Below are positions 24,848-37,093 of a stretch of DNA of 64,000 bases, piece by piece (the first letter of the stretch is position 1; each line of letters opens with the position of its first letter). The position numbers were made by a program, and so were the translations under genes. Source of the stretch: Antedon mediterranea (Eukaryota > Animalia > Echinodermata); contig NC_092672.1 of NCBI RefSeq assembly GCF_964355755.1, positions 10,106,001-10,170,000 on the forward strand. Reading direction: 5' to 3'. Under the pieces are notes generated by a model that saw nothing but the letters and a program-made list of their open reading frames with translations, was not told the DNA's origin and did not search any database.

Positions 24848-25693
24848 ATTTACACACGTCTATTCAGGCGATAGGCACATGTATACACCCTTGACAAGTA
24901 AGTAAGTAAAAATACGTTATTAACAATATTGACGATTCTGGCGGCCGAAATGGACAATACATATTTTGTCTTTTTTGGCGTTTCATGATTTTGGGCGTTC
25001 CATAACCGGCGGCCGAAATGACTGGCGGCCGAAATGATCAGACACCCTGTGTTTGGGTAAATGTAAACGACACTTGCTAGCCTATATGTATATTTATGCT
25101 ACCTACCTTTTAAATTAGTATTAGAAGACTAAGAAATTAACTTCCACTTATCAATTCATTGCAATTTTTGTACTACATAATCAGTATCAATAATGTTATA
25201 AAAGTATTGATGATTGTAGGGCCTATTTTCCGTGTTTAGCTTAGGCCTACTTCTACTAGCTTGGTAGGCCTAAATAGGCCTCCTCCTACTGGACTCTAGT
25301 ATAATAGCTAGCCTTAGTAGAGGCCTACCAATTGAATACAATAATAGAATACACTCACTACCAAAACTAGGCTAGCAGTAAATTACTAGGGCCCTAGTGT
25401 CAGGTGGCACAAAAACACATAACAATTTAGTAGTAGTTATGTCATTGGGCTAGGACACATCACCAACAAATGTAGGCCTCTTAGGCATAATTGGTCTAGG
25501 CCTAGCTAGGCCAGCCTACCCAGTCCTACTACTAGGCGGGAGCTAGCCTAGCTAGGCCTAGCCCTACCGGATAAGGGACGGGGATAATCACTCTGAGTCT
25601 CATGGTTAAATAATAATAAGCTACCCTACCTAGCTAGGCTTAGGCCTAGCCCTCCCTAGCTATAGACTAATGTATTGCTAAAACAGCATTTAC

Positions 25694-25860
25694 CTGGAAC
25701 AATTCTTTAAAAATCAAGCCAATTAGATATAAATTAAGATATTTTATAGGATTTTTTCTGGCTTTTTGTTTCTCAGAATCGAATGTCCTCCTTCCTTTTC
25801 TTCACTAACAGCGCCACCAACCATTAAAATTAGTCTTATGGCACGTCAAATAGGACATTA
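25694..25860 (-). promoter_or_regulatory. Probable non-coding first exon and proximal promoter of the caspase
   Basis: Strong donor CCAG|GTAAAT at 25694/25693. The block, including CAGCGCCACCAACCA and an ACGTCA (CRE-like) site, is conserved in the paralogue at 38680-38850. The TSS is not determined. Confidence 0.55.
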
Positions 25861-27269
25861 TACAGTGATTCAATTGTTACAAGAGTCGATGAATTGATAC
25901 AGTTTTTAGCTTAAACAATTCATTTGTCTATATTCTGTAATGTTCTAATTGTTGTCAAAGATAGTGTAGTTGTTATTATTAGTGTACAAACAATAAGACC
26001 AATACACAAATTCATTCATTTCATGCTGATTACACTTTATTGAACTACAGTATTACAATGTCATCTTCTTAGCCTTTTTTTGATGTATTTTATTTTTTAA
26101 GTTCAGATTTACAGTTAAAAAAGGCAAACGATGGAAAATAAAATCCATGACAAAGTAACATTACAATGAATATATTTATCATTACAATAAATGTCCCTGT
26201 TCTTAGTGTACTACTGCCAAACTGGTCACTTACATATAACATTAACATTAAAAAGGGAAAATTGGCATTAAAGTGTAAAGTGCAAATGAGTAGTGGGTGG
26301 ATCTCAAATACAAATAAAATAATAAATTGCAGTCCTTACTCAGTATGAATGTTTATAATAATATATTGATTTAACACAGCCCACCCCCACCCTTCCCCTT
26401 CCTTTGAGACACTCTGCAAAATATGTCACGTTTTCTACAACCAACCCGTACTCAGGGGACATGTTTGAGTGTGCTAAATGGTTGATTCAGGGGTCACCAA
26501 AAACATCAAAGCATTTTATTTATTTATTTCGTTATCTATTTAATACAAAAATTGATATGATAATTATGAAAATAATTATGATACTTCCTCTGGCTTGACA
26601 ATGACAGTTTTCATGGTGAAACATTCAGAATGAACCCCTTTAAAAATAATTGGGTGCTGCAGGATTTACTGATTTTTAACACAAACCAAAAACCTATTCC
26701 TAATAAAAAATAGTATTTTGGTTTTTCGTTCCATTTGGAGTAATGAAGGCTGTTGAAATTACACTTATTCAAACATATAAAAATATAAACTTTGTATATG
26801 AAGATACACATGACCATTTCTCATCCAATAAAAATATTTTTAAAATTTGCTTCAATAATTATATTATTTATATTATAGTAAAATAATTAATAGTAATTAA
26901 TACTATCTCTAATGTTTTCTTCTTTGCACTATCCTGTGGTGTATGAAATGGCACTGCATTTTGTAAACAAGGCAACATTACCAGAATTACTAAAACTAAT
27001 TACAGAGCTAGACTGGTAGAACAATTTAATTTATCCTAACATGGCAATTGTTTAGCATAGTTCAACCTGTATATAGGGTTAGGGTTAAAACTAACACTGA
27101 ATCAATATTGATATATATATATATATATATATCTCTACCAAGCTACCTTCTTTGTTTTCTACTCTTATTCAGACTCCACCCTGGCTCCCTTTGTTATATT
27201 TCTTTTATTCCTGTCCACCCAGGCAGCACTTGCCAGCTTTATACTATGACGTTATCCATATTCCTTCAC

Positions 27270-27310
27270 TTGCACTGATGAAGGGCTAGTGTTGCCTGAA
27301 AGCTCTGCTA
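27270..27310 (+). ncRNA. Minimal hammerhead ribozyme motif, copy 1
   Basis: GCA-CTGATGA-A-GGGC tagtgtt GCCT-GAAA-GCTC-TGC: core boxes, stem II, palindromic AGCT stem III, short stem I. Confidence 0.6.
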
Positions 27311-27556
27311 ACTTTTCTGGCTGTTTTACTTCTCGTTTTGATTTAGCTTTTCGCTTTTATTTTGTATCTCCATTGAGATCCAGCCACTGATACCCACAGC
27401 ATTGTCATTTTTTTCAGTAATTTGCCTTTGGATTTATATATATTTTCTACTGTTTGTATCAATTTTGATCTGATTTTGCTGTAATTATGGAGGGTACTTT
27501 GGATAACTTTACCAAATTACGTCGCCTATACTATGACGTTATCCAAATTCCTTCAC

Positions 27557-27597
27557 TTGCACTGATGAAGGGCTAGTGTTGCCCGAAAGCTCTGCTA
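27557..27597 (+). ncRNA. Minimal hammerhead ribozyme motif, copy 2
   Basis: GCA-CTGATGA-A-GGGC tagtgtt GCCC-GAAA-GCTC-TGC, with a perfect stem II. Confidence 0.65.
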
Positions 27598-28524
27598 ACT
27601 TTTCTGGCTGTTTACTTTATCGTTTTGATTTAGCTTTTTGCTTTTTATTTTTGTATCTCCATTGAGATCCAGCCACTGATACCCACAGCATTGTCATTTT
27701 TTTTAGTAATTTGCCTTTGGATTTATATATAATACTGTAAAAGAAATATAACAAAGGGAGCCAGGGTGGAGTCTGAATAAGAGTATAAAACAAAGAAGGT
27801 AGCTTGGTAGAGATATAAACAATTTGGAATGAGACTAAAAAACAGCTTAAATGGTGATTAATATTGAAACTTAAATTTTGGTAGTCAATGGAATAATTTT
27901 ACCGATCTGGGAGTATGTTCCTAATGTTAAGTCCAAAAGGTTTTGTGGTTTTAAGTTGTAATTCTCAGTATTTTTCCTTGTCTTTGCGAGTTTTGTCGCT
28001 CCATTTGACATCATGGTCTATTGCAATAACTCTGAAATTTGCAATCGAGTGACCAGCTGAATTAAAATGTTCGGCTACAGGTTGATCAAGCTTTAATGTT
28101 TTGATAGCTGATCTGTGTTGTGTCATTCTCATACGGAGATGTTTTTTGTTTCTCCGACGTACTGTTTGCCACAAATATTACAGTATATGAGATAAATGAC
28201 GTTTTTGGTTAGACAATTAATTGATTGTCTTATCCGAAATATGCGGCCAGTTTGGTTACTCTTAAATTTTTCAGTAGGCAATTAATATTAATTCGAAACC
28301 GCCCGGCGTGGTACGGCGGAACAGCACTAGTCCTCAGTTGTACGCACGCGCACCAGAGATCAAATTGATACGCCCTCATCTTTCTATATTTTTATTCACG
28401 AGGCGGGATCTCCGAAGAGATACTTTTATATATATAAACACATTAGGCAATGAACATTAATTCGAAACCGCCCGGTGATATACCTACATTTAATTAATTA
28501 ATTTGAAACAATAAAGATGAGGAA

Positions 28525-28620
28525 ATCTGTGAAAATGAGAAAAAGTCGCCCCAACAGAGACTCGAACTCGGACCGCCTGCTTGATATGCAGATGTCCTAA
28601 CCATTAGACCACTGGGGCTT
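28525..28620 (-). mobile_element. tRNA-derived (Asp-like) SINE head or tRNA pseudogene, within a ~370-bp direct duplication (28305-28500 / 28670-28900)
   Basis: Minus strand GCCCCAGTGGTCTAATGGTTAGGACATCTGCATATCAAGCAGGCGGTCCGAGTTCGAGTCTCTGTTGGGGCG with A and B boxes; decayed relatives at ~31550-31615 and ~59085-59155. Confidence 0.65.
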
Positions 28621-29127
28621 TCATGGTATTGTTCAAACTCGATTGGATAGCGACTCTTTAACATTCTCGGCATGGTACGGCGGAACAGCACTAGTCCTCA
28701 GTTGTACACACGCGCACCAGAGATCAAATTGATACGCCCTCATCTTTCAGTATTTTTATTCACGAGGCGGGATCTCCGAAGAGATACTTTTATATATATA
28801 AACACATTAGGCAATGAACATTAATTCGAAACCGCCCAGTGATATACTGAAATTTAATTAATTAATTAATTAATTTGAAATGATACAGATGAGGAAATCT
28901 ATATTATATATATATCTTTTGTAACAAATAATGAAAGGTCTGGTTATTTCTTGCATTTTTAATAAAATACAAAAACTATGCAATTTGTTCATGATTAATA
29001 TGAAAAGATATATATTCTATGATTTAAAAGCAGTTGAGTGACACAAGGCAATGCCTGTATAGCACAACTTAAAATTACTACAGCATTGTTCAACACATTT
29101 CACCTTGGTATCACCTTTATCCGATAC

Positions 29128-32100
29128 TTAATGACGAGCGATGGTGATTGTTGTTACTTTATTCTGCTGGTCTGCTGTTATGTTGCACTCGACTGGAAAT
29201 AAACTTCTGAATGCATCGACACCTAGTGACAATGATTTAAACACTTCATGATCACAAATGAGTTGTTTGCATTCCTTTGTTAATAACACCATATGTTCAC
29301 TGTCGAAGAAAATTCAAAATAGTAAAGTATGAGAACTTTTGAAATAATTTAAACAAGGGTAATGTTTACATTATGAGCGGTCTGAACGGTTTCATTTAAA
29401 AAGTTTAGAAAATTGGTATATTAGAACTCTAGTATTAAAAGTTATCACTAACACCCGTCTGAAACCGCAAAATGGGATGTCACCTAAACCTGCTCAGTAA
29501 AACAATTGGCTACAATCAAATCAATGTTTTCTCTATGTTTATACTATGTCTATGTATGTTGTGAATATGCCCTTTCAAAAGAAAGTGGACAGGTAAATAG
29601 AGAAGGAGCAGGGTGTGGATAAGAAGTTGGTAAGAAGGATAAGAGGTTTATTGAATGATAAACAAATCTGCAATTGTAATATGAATACAGATCATATTTT
29701 TTGTGGTGTTGTTTCAGACTATTTAGTTTACAGAATTAAACTTACACTGTGGGATCAATACCACAGATGATTTGTTTCACAACTTTAATGCTTTTGTCAG
29801 GAGGTTGAGACAGAATCTGTAGCAAAACAAAATTATTATCAATATGTTAAAGCAACATGTACTTCCGGAGCCTGGGTGTAATTACTTTGGGAGACAAGTA
29901 TGTAACTGGAATGTAGCCTAGTTTTAATTATGTTAGTTTAGGTTGTAATTATAATGTAGGTAGTCTAGGATGTACGGTAATTATAATGTAGGTAGTCTAG
30001 GATGTAATTATAATGTAGGTAGTCTAGGATGTACGGTAATTATAATGTAGGTAGTCTAGGATGTAATTATAATGTAGGTAGTCTAGGATGTAATTATAAT
30101 GTAGGTAGTCTAGGATGTAATGTAATTATGTTAGTCTAGGATGTAATTATAATGTAGGTAGTCTAGGATGTAATTATAATGAAGGTAGTCTAGGATGTAA
30201 TGTAATTATGTTAGTCTGGGATGTAATTATAATGTAGGTAGTCTAGGATGTACGGTAATTATAATGTAGGTAGTCTAGGATGTAATTATAATGTAGGTAG
30301 TCTAGGATGTAATGTAATTATGTTAGTCTGGGATGTAATTATAATGTAGGTAGTCTAGGATGTAATGTAATTATGTTAGTCTATTATTAGTTAATTATTA
30401 TAATTAATAAAGAATAGACTAGGTTGTAATTATAATGTAGCCTAGGATCTAATAATATATTATATAGATTAACAAGAACATATTGTAAAGCATCGGGTGA
30501 AATCCTGAATATCAAATAATTAATTTGATACAATAAAGATTACTCTAGTAGCTAGATCAACTATGCACTTTGAGGTCCAGAGAATTTGACTTCAGAAATT
30601 GGTTTAGGATGGTCAAACAATCATTTTTGGCTTGGTTACACAATATTCAGTCTAATGGCACATTTTAGTCAACAATGACTGGAAATGCCATTTCTGACAT
30701 TTGATTCACAACCCAAGGCATGTACAGTATGTATCTCCGTAACTACTGGTCGTAGACACTTCAATTTGCTCTTAAATTGTTTGAAATATACATTTTGTTA
30801 TTTGTTACACATTTTGAAAAATGTTATAAAAGGTCAAAGGGTCAGGGTTATATGAACAAATATAAATAGGTACTTGTATCTTGGCAACCACTGGTCGCAG
30901 CAAGTTAATTTTGGTCTCAAAATGTTCAGAAGGCAGACAATTCAGTCTAATGGGACATTTTAGTCAAAAATAATCAGAAATGCAATTTCTGACCTTTGAC
31001 CCACATACTAGGGCATCTTCATATCTATGTAAGTACTGTTCGTAGAAACTTAAATGTTGTATCAAATTGTTCGAAATATATATATTTAGATTCATTCTAA
31101 TAGAAAATTTGGTTAAATGATGACCAGAAATACTATTAATTACTAATGTTTCAAACAAAAAACATATCTGTATACAACTTATCCTTGGACAGTAATGTTA
31201 TGTAATAACTTATGCTTAAAAATTGTTTCATTATAGGATTTAAAACAAATTTTTGTAATTGTATTTTTGCTTATAATAATGCTAGAAAGTATTGTTGACC
31301 CCCGAGGACGATCAAACATTTTGATAGAAACATCGAGCCCAAGAAGTAACTTACCGAATTCATCCTAATAAACGCCTATTGGTGTTTGGTCTTATAACCT
31401 TTCAACCTGACCTTTTGACCTTTCACCACATTTTCAAAATGTGTAACAAGCCAAAAATGATTGTTTGACCATGCTAAACCAATTTCTGAAGTCAAATTCT
31501 CTTGACCTCAAAGCTCATACAAAAGTTTATCTACAGTAACTACTAGAGTAGATGAGGAAATCTGTGAGAACGAGCAAAAGCCGCCTCAACCAAGATTCAA
31601 ACTTGGAACTTTCTGCTTTAATAATAATTTGAAGAAGTTACCTCTAGGCGTGTAAGATTCGTTGTTTTTAATTCTGGTTTTTGTTTAAACATATCCACTT
31701 CGACATTAGTGAAGAGGAATGTTGCACCATCATGCTCTTCAGTAATTTCATCAGCCTTTTCACCCCAGAGTTTTAATTTAATTGTTGAATTTGTGTTTTT
31801 TAAAACCATATCACGGCGTTGCCAAGGGGTAATTTTTTCTCCAATTTCTTTTTCTCCGATCTGTTTTAAAAAAAAACAAAAAAACATCAGTATAACAGAA
31901 GGTTTGTTAATAGTCTTTTGGAAATATAATATATAGCACCCTCTATAATTTTTCGAAAAATGTTAAGATATTTGCAATTCATTAAAAATATTTTTTAGCA
32001 CAACATGCACCCTCTATGTGTGTTGATATCGTCTTGAAGTTTCAATTTCAACAACCCTGTGAGGAATTAGATATCACATGTTATAATCATTTCGACATTG

Positions 32101-35100
32101 TATTATTAGCGATAATGCCGCAAAAACATCCTCCAGTTACCAAATTTTACCCACCCCAATAGGACAATATCGTGTTCATCGTAATATGCAAAAAAAAATT
32201 CTGAAATAATAAAAAACCCAAAACTTTGATTTATGCGAACTTTTTTATAAACGATAAAATAATTCAAATTGTTTTGCTTTTATTTATTATATATTATTAT
32301 ATATTTACCGTACTGACGCGGGTATAAGCCCATACTCGGGTATAAGCCCACCCCCGACTTTTGACTAATTTTCATGAAAAATGAGGCACTCGGGTATAAG
32401 CCCACCCATTAATTCGAAGATCTACAGTGTGTGTCGTAATACATATTTTTGTATTTGGCGACGTCCATACACCGAATACACCTACCTTTGATCATAACCA
32501 AGCTAGGCTAATATACGCTAGGCCATAAGAGGCCTAGCGGTCCTGTTTTGTTTACACTCCATCGCGGTCGAAGATCGCTTCACACACGACGCTACATACA
32601 AGTCGCCAAAACGGAAAACCACTATTTGGTATCGGCTGCCATAAACAAGCTTATTAAATTTCTTTGGTACATTTCTATTTAACGAACATTGTATACTTGC
32701 TTTTCTGCTTGATAAATTCTTGTTCAATTGATGTTTAAAATAAGATATTCTACGATAAATTACATGAACTATAAGCTTAATTAATAATCGTGTATTTAGA
32801 GGCAACGTCGTACACGTGAGGGCGCTCGCTTGCATGGTGGAAATACACAGTGTACATGTGCAGTTTTTGACGATCTGCATTTTTGGATCCTCGGGTATAA
32901 GCCCACCCCCCAAACTTGACGTGATTTCATGTTCGAGGGGGGTGAGCTTATACCCGCGTCAGTACGGTATATATTCCATAAGAATTTCATATAAGAAAAC
33001 ATAGTTTTAATCATTGAATTGACAAAAAACAGGAATTCCAAAATAGCTGTAATGACGTCACATGACATCATTAATATGCAAATTACCTTTTTTTACTCCC
33101 AACTGTAGACCAACCTTTTGCCCACCACACACCACAAAAATAATTACAAAATTATCTCATTTAGTATCTTTTATGACAGTCAGGGTTCGAAAATCACCCT
33201 AACAATTTGCAAGTATATTTTGTTTTTTTTCTAGTTACAAATTTAATAGTTATAATGTTTGCTGGTTACTATTAATGTATGGTTGGATATTGATATGAAA
33301 TAGTTTGAATGATTTTGGAAAACTGATTGAAAACAAAATAATATTGTAACTTACCATTGTAACTTTTCCTTGGATAGTGACTCGTCTTCTTTTGGGGCTT
33401 CTCACTGCCTCCTCAATGCTCACCTCATCTGGAGTAAAAAATTTGTTCAATTTTTCTTGTGGGATTTCAAAATCATTGTTTCCCCCTTGAAACACCTGTA
33501 AAGTAAAAAAAAGTAGTAATGATTTGAATACAAATTGGTTCAGTAATTTTGGGTGTCTAAATACCAGAGGTAAAGTTCAACTGCACAGTATGTGAATGTG
33601 GAGTTTGACTGCCAGAGGATTTAAGAGAAATCAATAATTAAATGGTAATCATTTACCTTGGATGTTCCTTTTTTAATTATCAATTCCTGTGTGTTTTCTT
33701 TGAAACGTAGTGTTGCATTTGTTACTATTTTGTAGTCATCTTTTGTAATCTTTTTAACAAATGGAACGTTTTTTGCTGATACTATTCCTCGTAAATATTC
33801 TGATTTGTCATTAAAGGCATGAAATTCCCAGTAGGTTCCATGGTCAGCAGGAGGTGTTAAAACATATATGTATATCATTTCCATATACTAAAAGAAAGAA
33901 TTGATCGTTATCAAATCATGTGATCAAATGAACACTGTATCACATTGTACATTGGGTGTGTAGTGTGTAGGAACATTTTTAAGTTAATTTATTTGATCAG
34001 TCACAGAGTCACAGTGCCACATGTTACAGTTACATATTTAAAAAAAAAGTAGAGTGACTCTACAATATGACACGCTCTTCAGGATAGTATTTCATCTGTA
34101 TATTATTATAAGCTGGGTTAAAAACATTCTGTTAGGGTATGTTCAGATCCATGGAGTTATGCTTTCGTATCGCAAGCAATGTCACATTATAATTATCATA
34201 ACTGTAACAGCAAACTAATGCTTTCTTTAGAAACTGAAGAAGTCCAATTTGGGCGAGCATCTGGTATGCAGGTTGGAGGTCAAAATCGTTGATGCATGAC
34301 TTTCATATTGTAAGCATCGTTCGCTAATCTTCTGCCTTGAGATGATGAACGAAAGATCAGTGTTGTAAGAGTAAAGTAATCTTTTCCTGGTTCAAACCTA
34401 TGGAGTTGTACAATATGAAAGCACAACTCCGTAGGTCTCAACAGGCCCTTAGTGTTGGAATCCAGATGAAATTTAAAATTGATCAGATCTCACCCTTGAT
34501 ACATGAATGTGTGTTATGCATTATGAATATTTTGAAGAAAATATAAAAGCCCATGGGCTATTCAAAGGGGGACGTTTGTAACTACAGCAATATGCCCATT
34601 TTTTATAAAAGCCACTAGTACTTAAGGGACACTTTTCCTATACTCACTTTGTCTTGTTGAATTGCAGTGTTTGAAGAAACTAAAGATAAGAGAGAAAAAA
34701 AGTAATGGAAAAATACTGCAATAAAAACATTTTCAAAACAATATCATGAGTAACAATAACAATTTTTAAAATCTGTATGGCCAAACGATAAAAGTATGCA
34801 TTTTGTCAGTTCACCACTGAAGTCCATTTAGAATTAAAGTATGGAGAATACACATTCTTAGCAACTGAAGTTATAGTACTGTACTGTCAAAGACTATCAG
34901 AAAAAAATCGTTGATTGCTTTCTTCTGAACTTATTTCACAGCATACAACAACAACCAAGCCACGGACTGGCCAAACAGCTGAACCAACATAATGAAGCAA
35001 ATATATGAGAGTCTATGGTTGAGGCAGAATTAAGATTTCTTTTTAGGTAAAAATTGTGATAAACCACTGAAATTATCAAGCAAAACTTCATCACAGCATG

Positions 35101-35752
35101 GGTCCCTTAATAACGCACATAGCATAATGTCACTGTGTCGTGATCGTATCCATACACAGTACTGTAGGTAGTTTTTAATACAGTATATTTTGATTACATT
35201 GCATTCACTAAGAGTAACGCATAATTTTGTCTTTTCCCTTAAACAGCAAGTGTGTAGTACACTACATGATCCACTAACTTTTATGTTGGTTCAATAGAGT
35301 TTGCTATGTTTTTCGGAGGTTTGCAGGGTTTAGCAATTAATTTTTAACCAAAAAATGATGTTTTACTCCAAAAATAAGTAGTTAACAAAAACAATTTAAC
35401 ATTAAAAAAAAAATTGAAATATTAGGTGTGTAGTACACTACACGATTCACTAGCTTTTATGTTGGTTCGATGGGGTTTGCTATGTTTTTTCGGAGGTTTG
35501 CTGTGTTTAGCAATACCCCCAGTAAGTTTTGCCAACTTCAAATTATTCTTCAGATTATAGTACAGTTAGAAGTAGTTAACAGGATTACAATGGCAGAAAA
35601 TTCAAAAGAACAACAGTCTTTCTAGATAAATCAAAAAAATTAATAACAGAGCTATGATATACATTACCATCAGCCAAGACTTGTCTTGTGGCATTCCAAT
35701 TTCTACCCCGCTTCTGCAGCACCTTGCTTGTCTCCAACTGGCTGGCTTTCAT
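29128..35752 (-). CDS. Tandem OB-fold nucleic-acid-binding protein (RPA/SSB-like, HIN-200-like), ~316 aa. Exons 35752-35668, 34679-34648, 33887-33657, 33495-33355, 31860-31642, 29816-29746, 29299-29128
   Basis: All junctions are GT-AG with consistent phases (1,0,0,0,0,2); 951 nt, no internal stop. OB signature RRVTIQGKVTMIGE...RRDMVLKNTNSTIKLKLWGEKA...GATFLFTNVEVDMFKQKPELKTTNLTRLE. The two short 5' exons are less certain; an alternative start is Met 33884. Confidence 0.75.
29925..30450. repeat. Minisatellite (TAGGATGTAATTATAATGTAGGTAGTC and shorter variants) in OB-gene intron
   Basis: Directly visible tandem array. Confidence 0.95.
30541..31550. mobile_element. ~1-kb TIR element inserted in a SINE remnant
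   Basis: TACTCTAGTAG...GAGAATTTGACTTCAGAAATTGGTTTAG is inverted at 31440-31550. Confidence 0.7.
32306..32969. mobile_element. Tc1/mariner/pogo-type MITE
   Basis: TACCGTACTGACGCGGGTATAAGC...GCTTATACCCGCGTCAGTACGGTA; TA ends; repeated GGGTATAAGCCCA motifs. Confidence 0.85.
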
Positions 35753-35885
35753 TACTGAAATCATAAAAACTTAACATATAATTTATCTTCAGTGAGGTCT
35801 GATATCTATATAAAGTATGGTTAATTCTGACATAGGCGAGCACAATGCAAAAACCTCGGTACAAATCTGCGCCTTGGATACCTAC

Positions 35886-36210
35886 CTTATCTATCTCAGA
35901 TGTACCGCGAAACGTAGATTTGATAACATTAATTTTCACATCGACGCTATTGTTCCATATTTCTATCTTAGGAAGATATTATAAAGGGTTTTATAGGAAA
36001 TTTTCTGATTTCAATCGGTAAATTTTAACTCTACGCGCAGTAGAAGTAATTTCCGGGTTAACGGTCAGGTGTGTCAATCACCTTGCAAGTTCCCTGCATG
36101 GTTGGTGTCAACCAGGGAGTTGTAAAACAACTCCCTGTTTCAACTAAGTTGGTGCTTGGTGGCGATAGCCATTTTGGTTTTTTGTTTATTTTCGGACCGC
36201 GCGTGTGAAG
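35886..36210 (-). promoter_or_regulatory. Putative non-coding first exon and promoter of the OB-fold gene
   Basis: Donor AAG|GTAGGT at 35886/35885; locally CpG-richer sequence with TTCCGG (ETS-like) and GCCATTTT (YY1-like) motifs. Confidence 0.35.
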
Positions 36211-37093
36211 GTATAGTACTGTAGTACATAAAGATCAAATTAAATATATTCATAAAAAATTGGAGTATTATTGTGGGAAATAATTATATAAAATTACATC
36301 GAGAGAATTGATGATAAGAGCTTTTGTTTAAGATCGAATGAAACCCCGATAGCCGAGTTGTTGAGTAAGCTGCCAGGACTCATGGATGGATACTTCTGCC
36401 CATATTGCAAGCCGTCTAAAAGGTCTTCCTTCTTAGGCCAAAACGACTCACTGTGTTGCGGAATAATATGTATTAACTATACCGATTAGAATGGTATTTA
36501 TTTGAATAAACGCCCGGAACACCTCCCCAATAAAACATCAATTAAAATAATTATCACCACTCTCCTCCCCCCCCCCCCCTCCAATACCATCTAATTAACG
36601 CCCATCCCAATTTATACACACAATATTGTATTATATTTATAACACAATTATACTATTTTTTAGTAGATTTCATCGGACTGTTATCTACAATTTACCAAGC
36701 ATTTGTTATTCTTTTTTACCACTTTTCATATCTACAATAAACACTATACGTAAAACGCTATTAATCATCTAAAACACTGTGAAACAGGTTAGTGAGTAGG
36801 TTTAGTTTTACGAATATCAAAAGCATTTAAATAATGGTAACCGATCGAAATCGTCCAGGCCAGAATGTCCTTCTAAAACTTTTTACCAGAGTCACTATCA
36901 TTCCGAGAACCATGGTCTACACTTCCTAGAGGGGGAGCAAGCGAAGCGAGCTCACCCTCTAGTTAATATAAAGTATAGCTAAATGCTGAGACCCAGTAAA
37001 AACAAATGATTGCCGTTTGGTGGCAGCTAAAGGATTGATGCAACGAAATATAATCCACAGCGATTTAAGATGGTGTTTATTATCTATTATTAT

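Larger units (their letters stand above)
22078..25047. mobile_element. Long-TIR (Mutator-like) non-autonomous element in caspase intron 1
   Basis: ~190-bp inverted repeats (22090-22270 vs 24850-25035); right end GACACC; absent from the paralogous intron. Confidence 0.75.
27131..28280 (-). mobile_element. Penelope-like retroelement fragment: GIY-YIG endonuclease end plus tandem and inverted pseudo-LTRs
   Basis: LRMRMTQHRSAIK...QPVAEHFNSAGHS...RKDKEKY...PFGLN preceded by a degenerate VIYLI-x-C motif; direct repeats 27240-27440/27527-27730; 27737-27815 is the inverse of 27131-27210. Confidence 0.88.

Noticed and set aside
28545-28620. Functional tRNA-Asp gene
   Set aside because: The anticodon loop is atypical (ATC), the T-stem is imperfect, and its tail is shared with decayed dispersed copies; better explained as a SINE or pseudogene
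35703-35939. 78-aa ORF as the N-terminus of the OB protein
   Set aside because: It crosses a probable intron and its frame stops at 35703; it does not connect to the downstream exons
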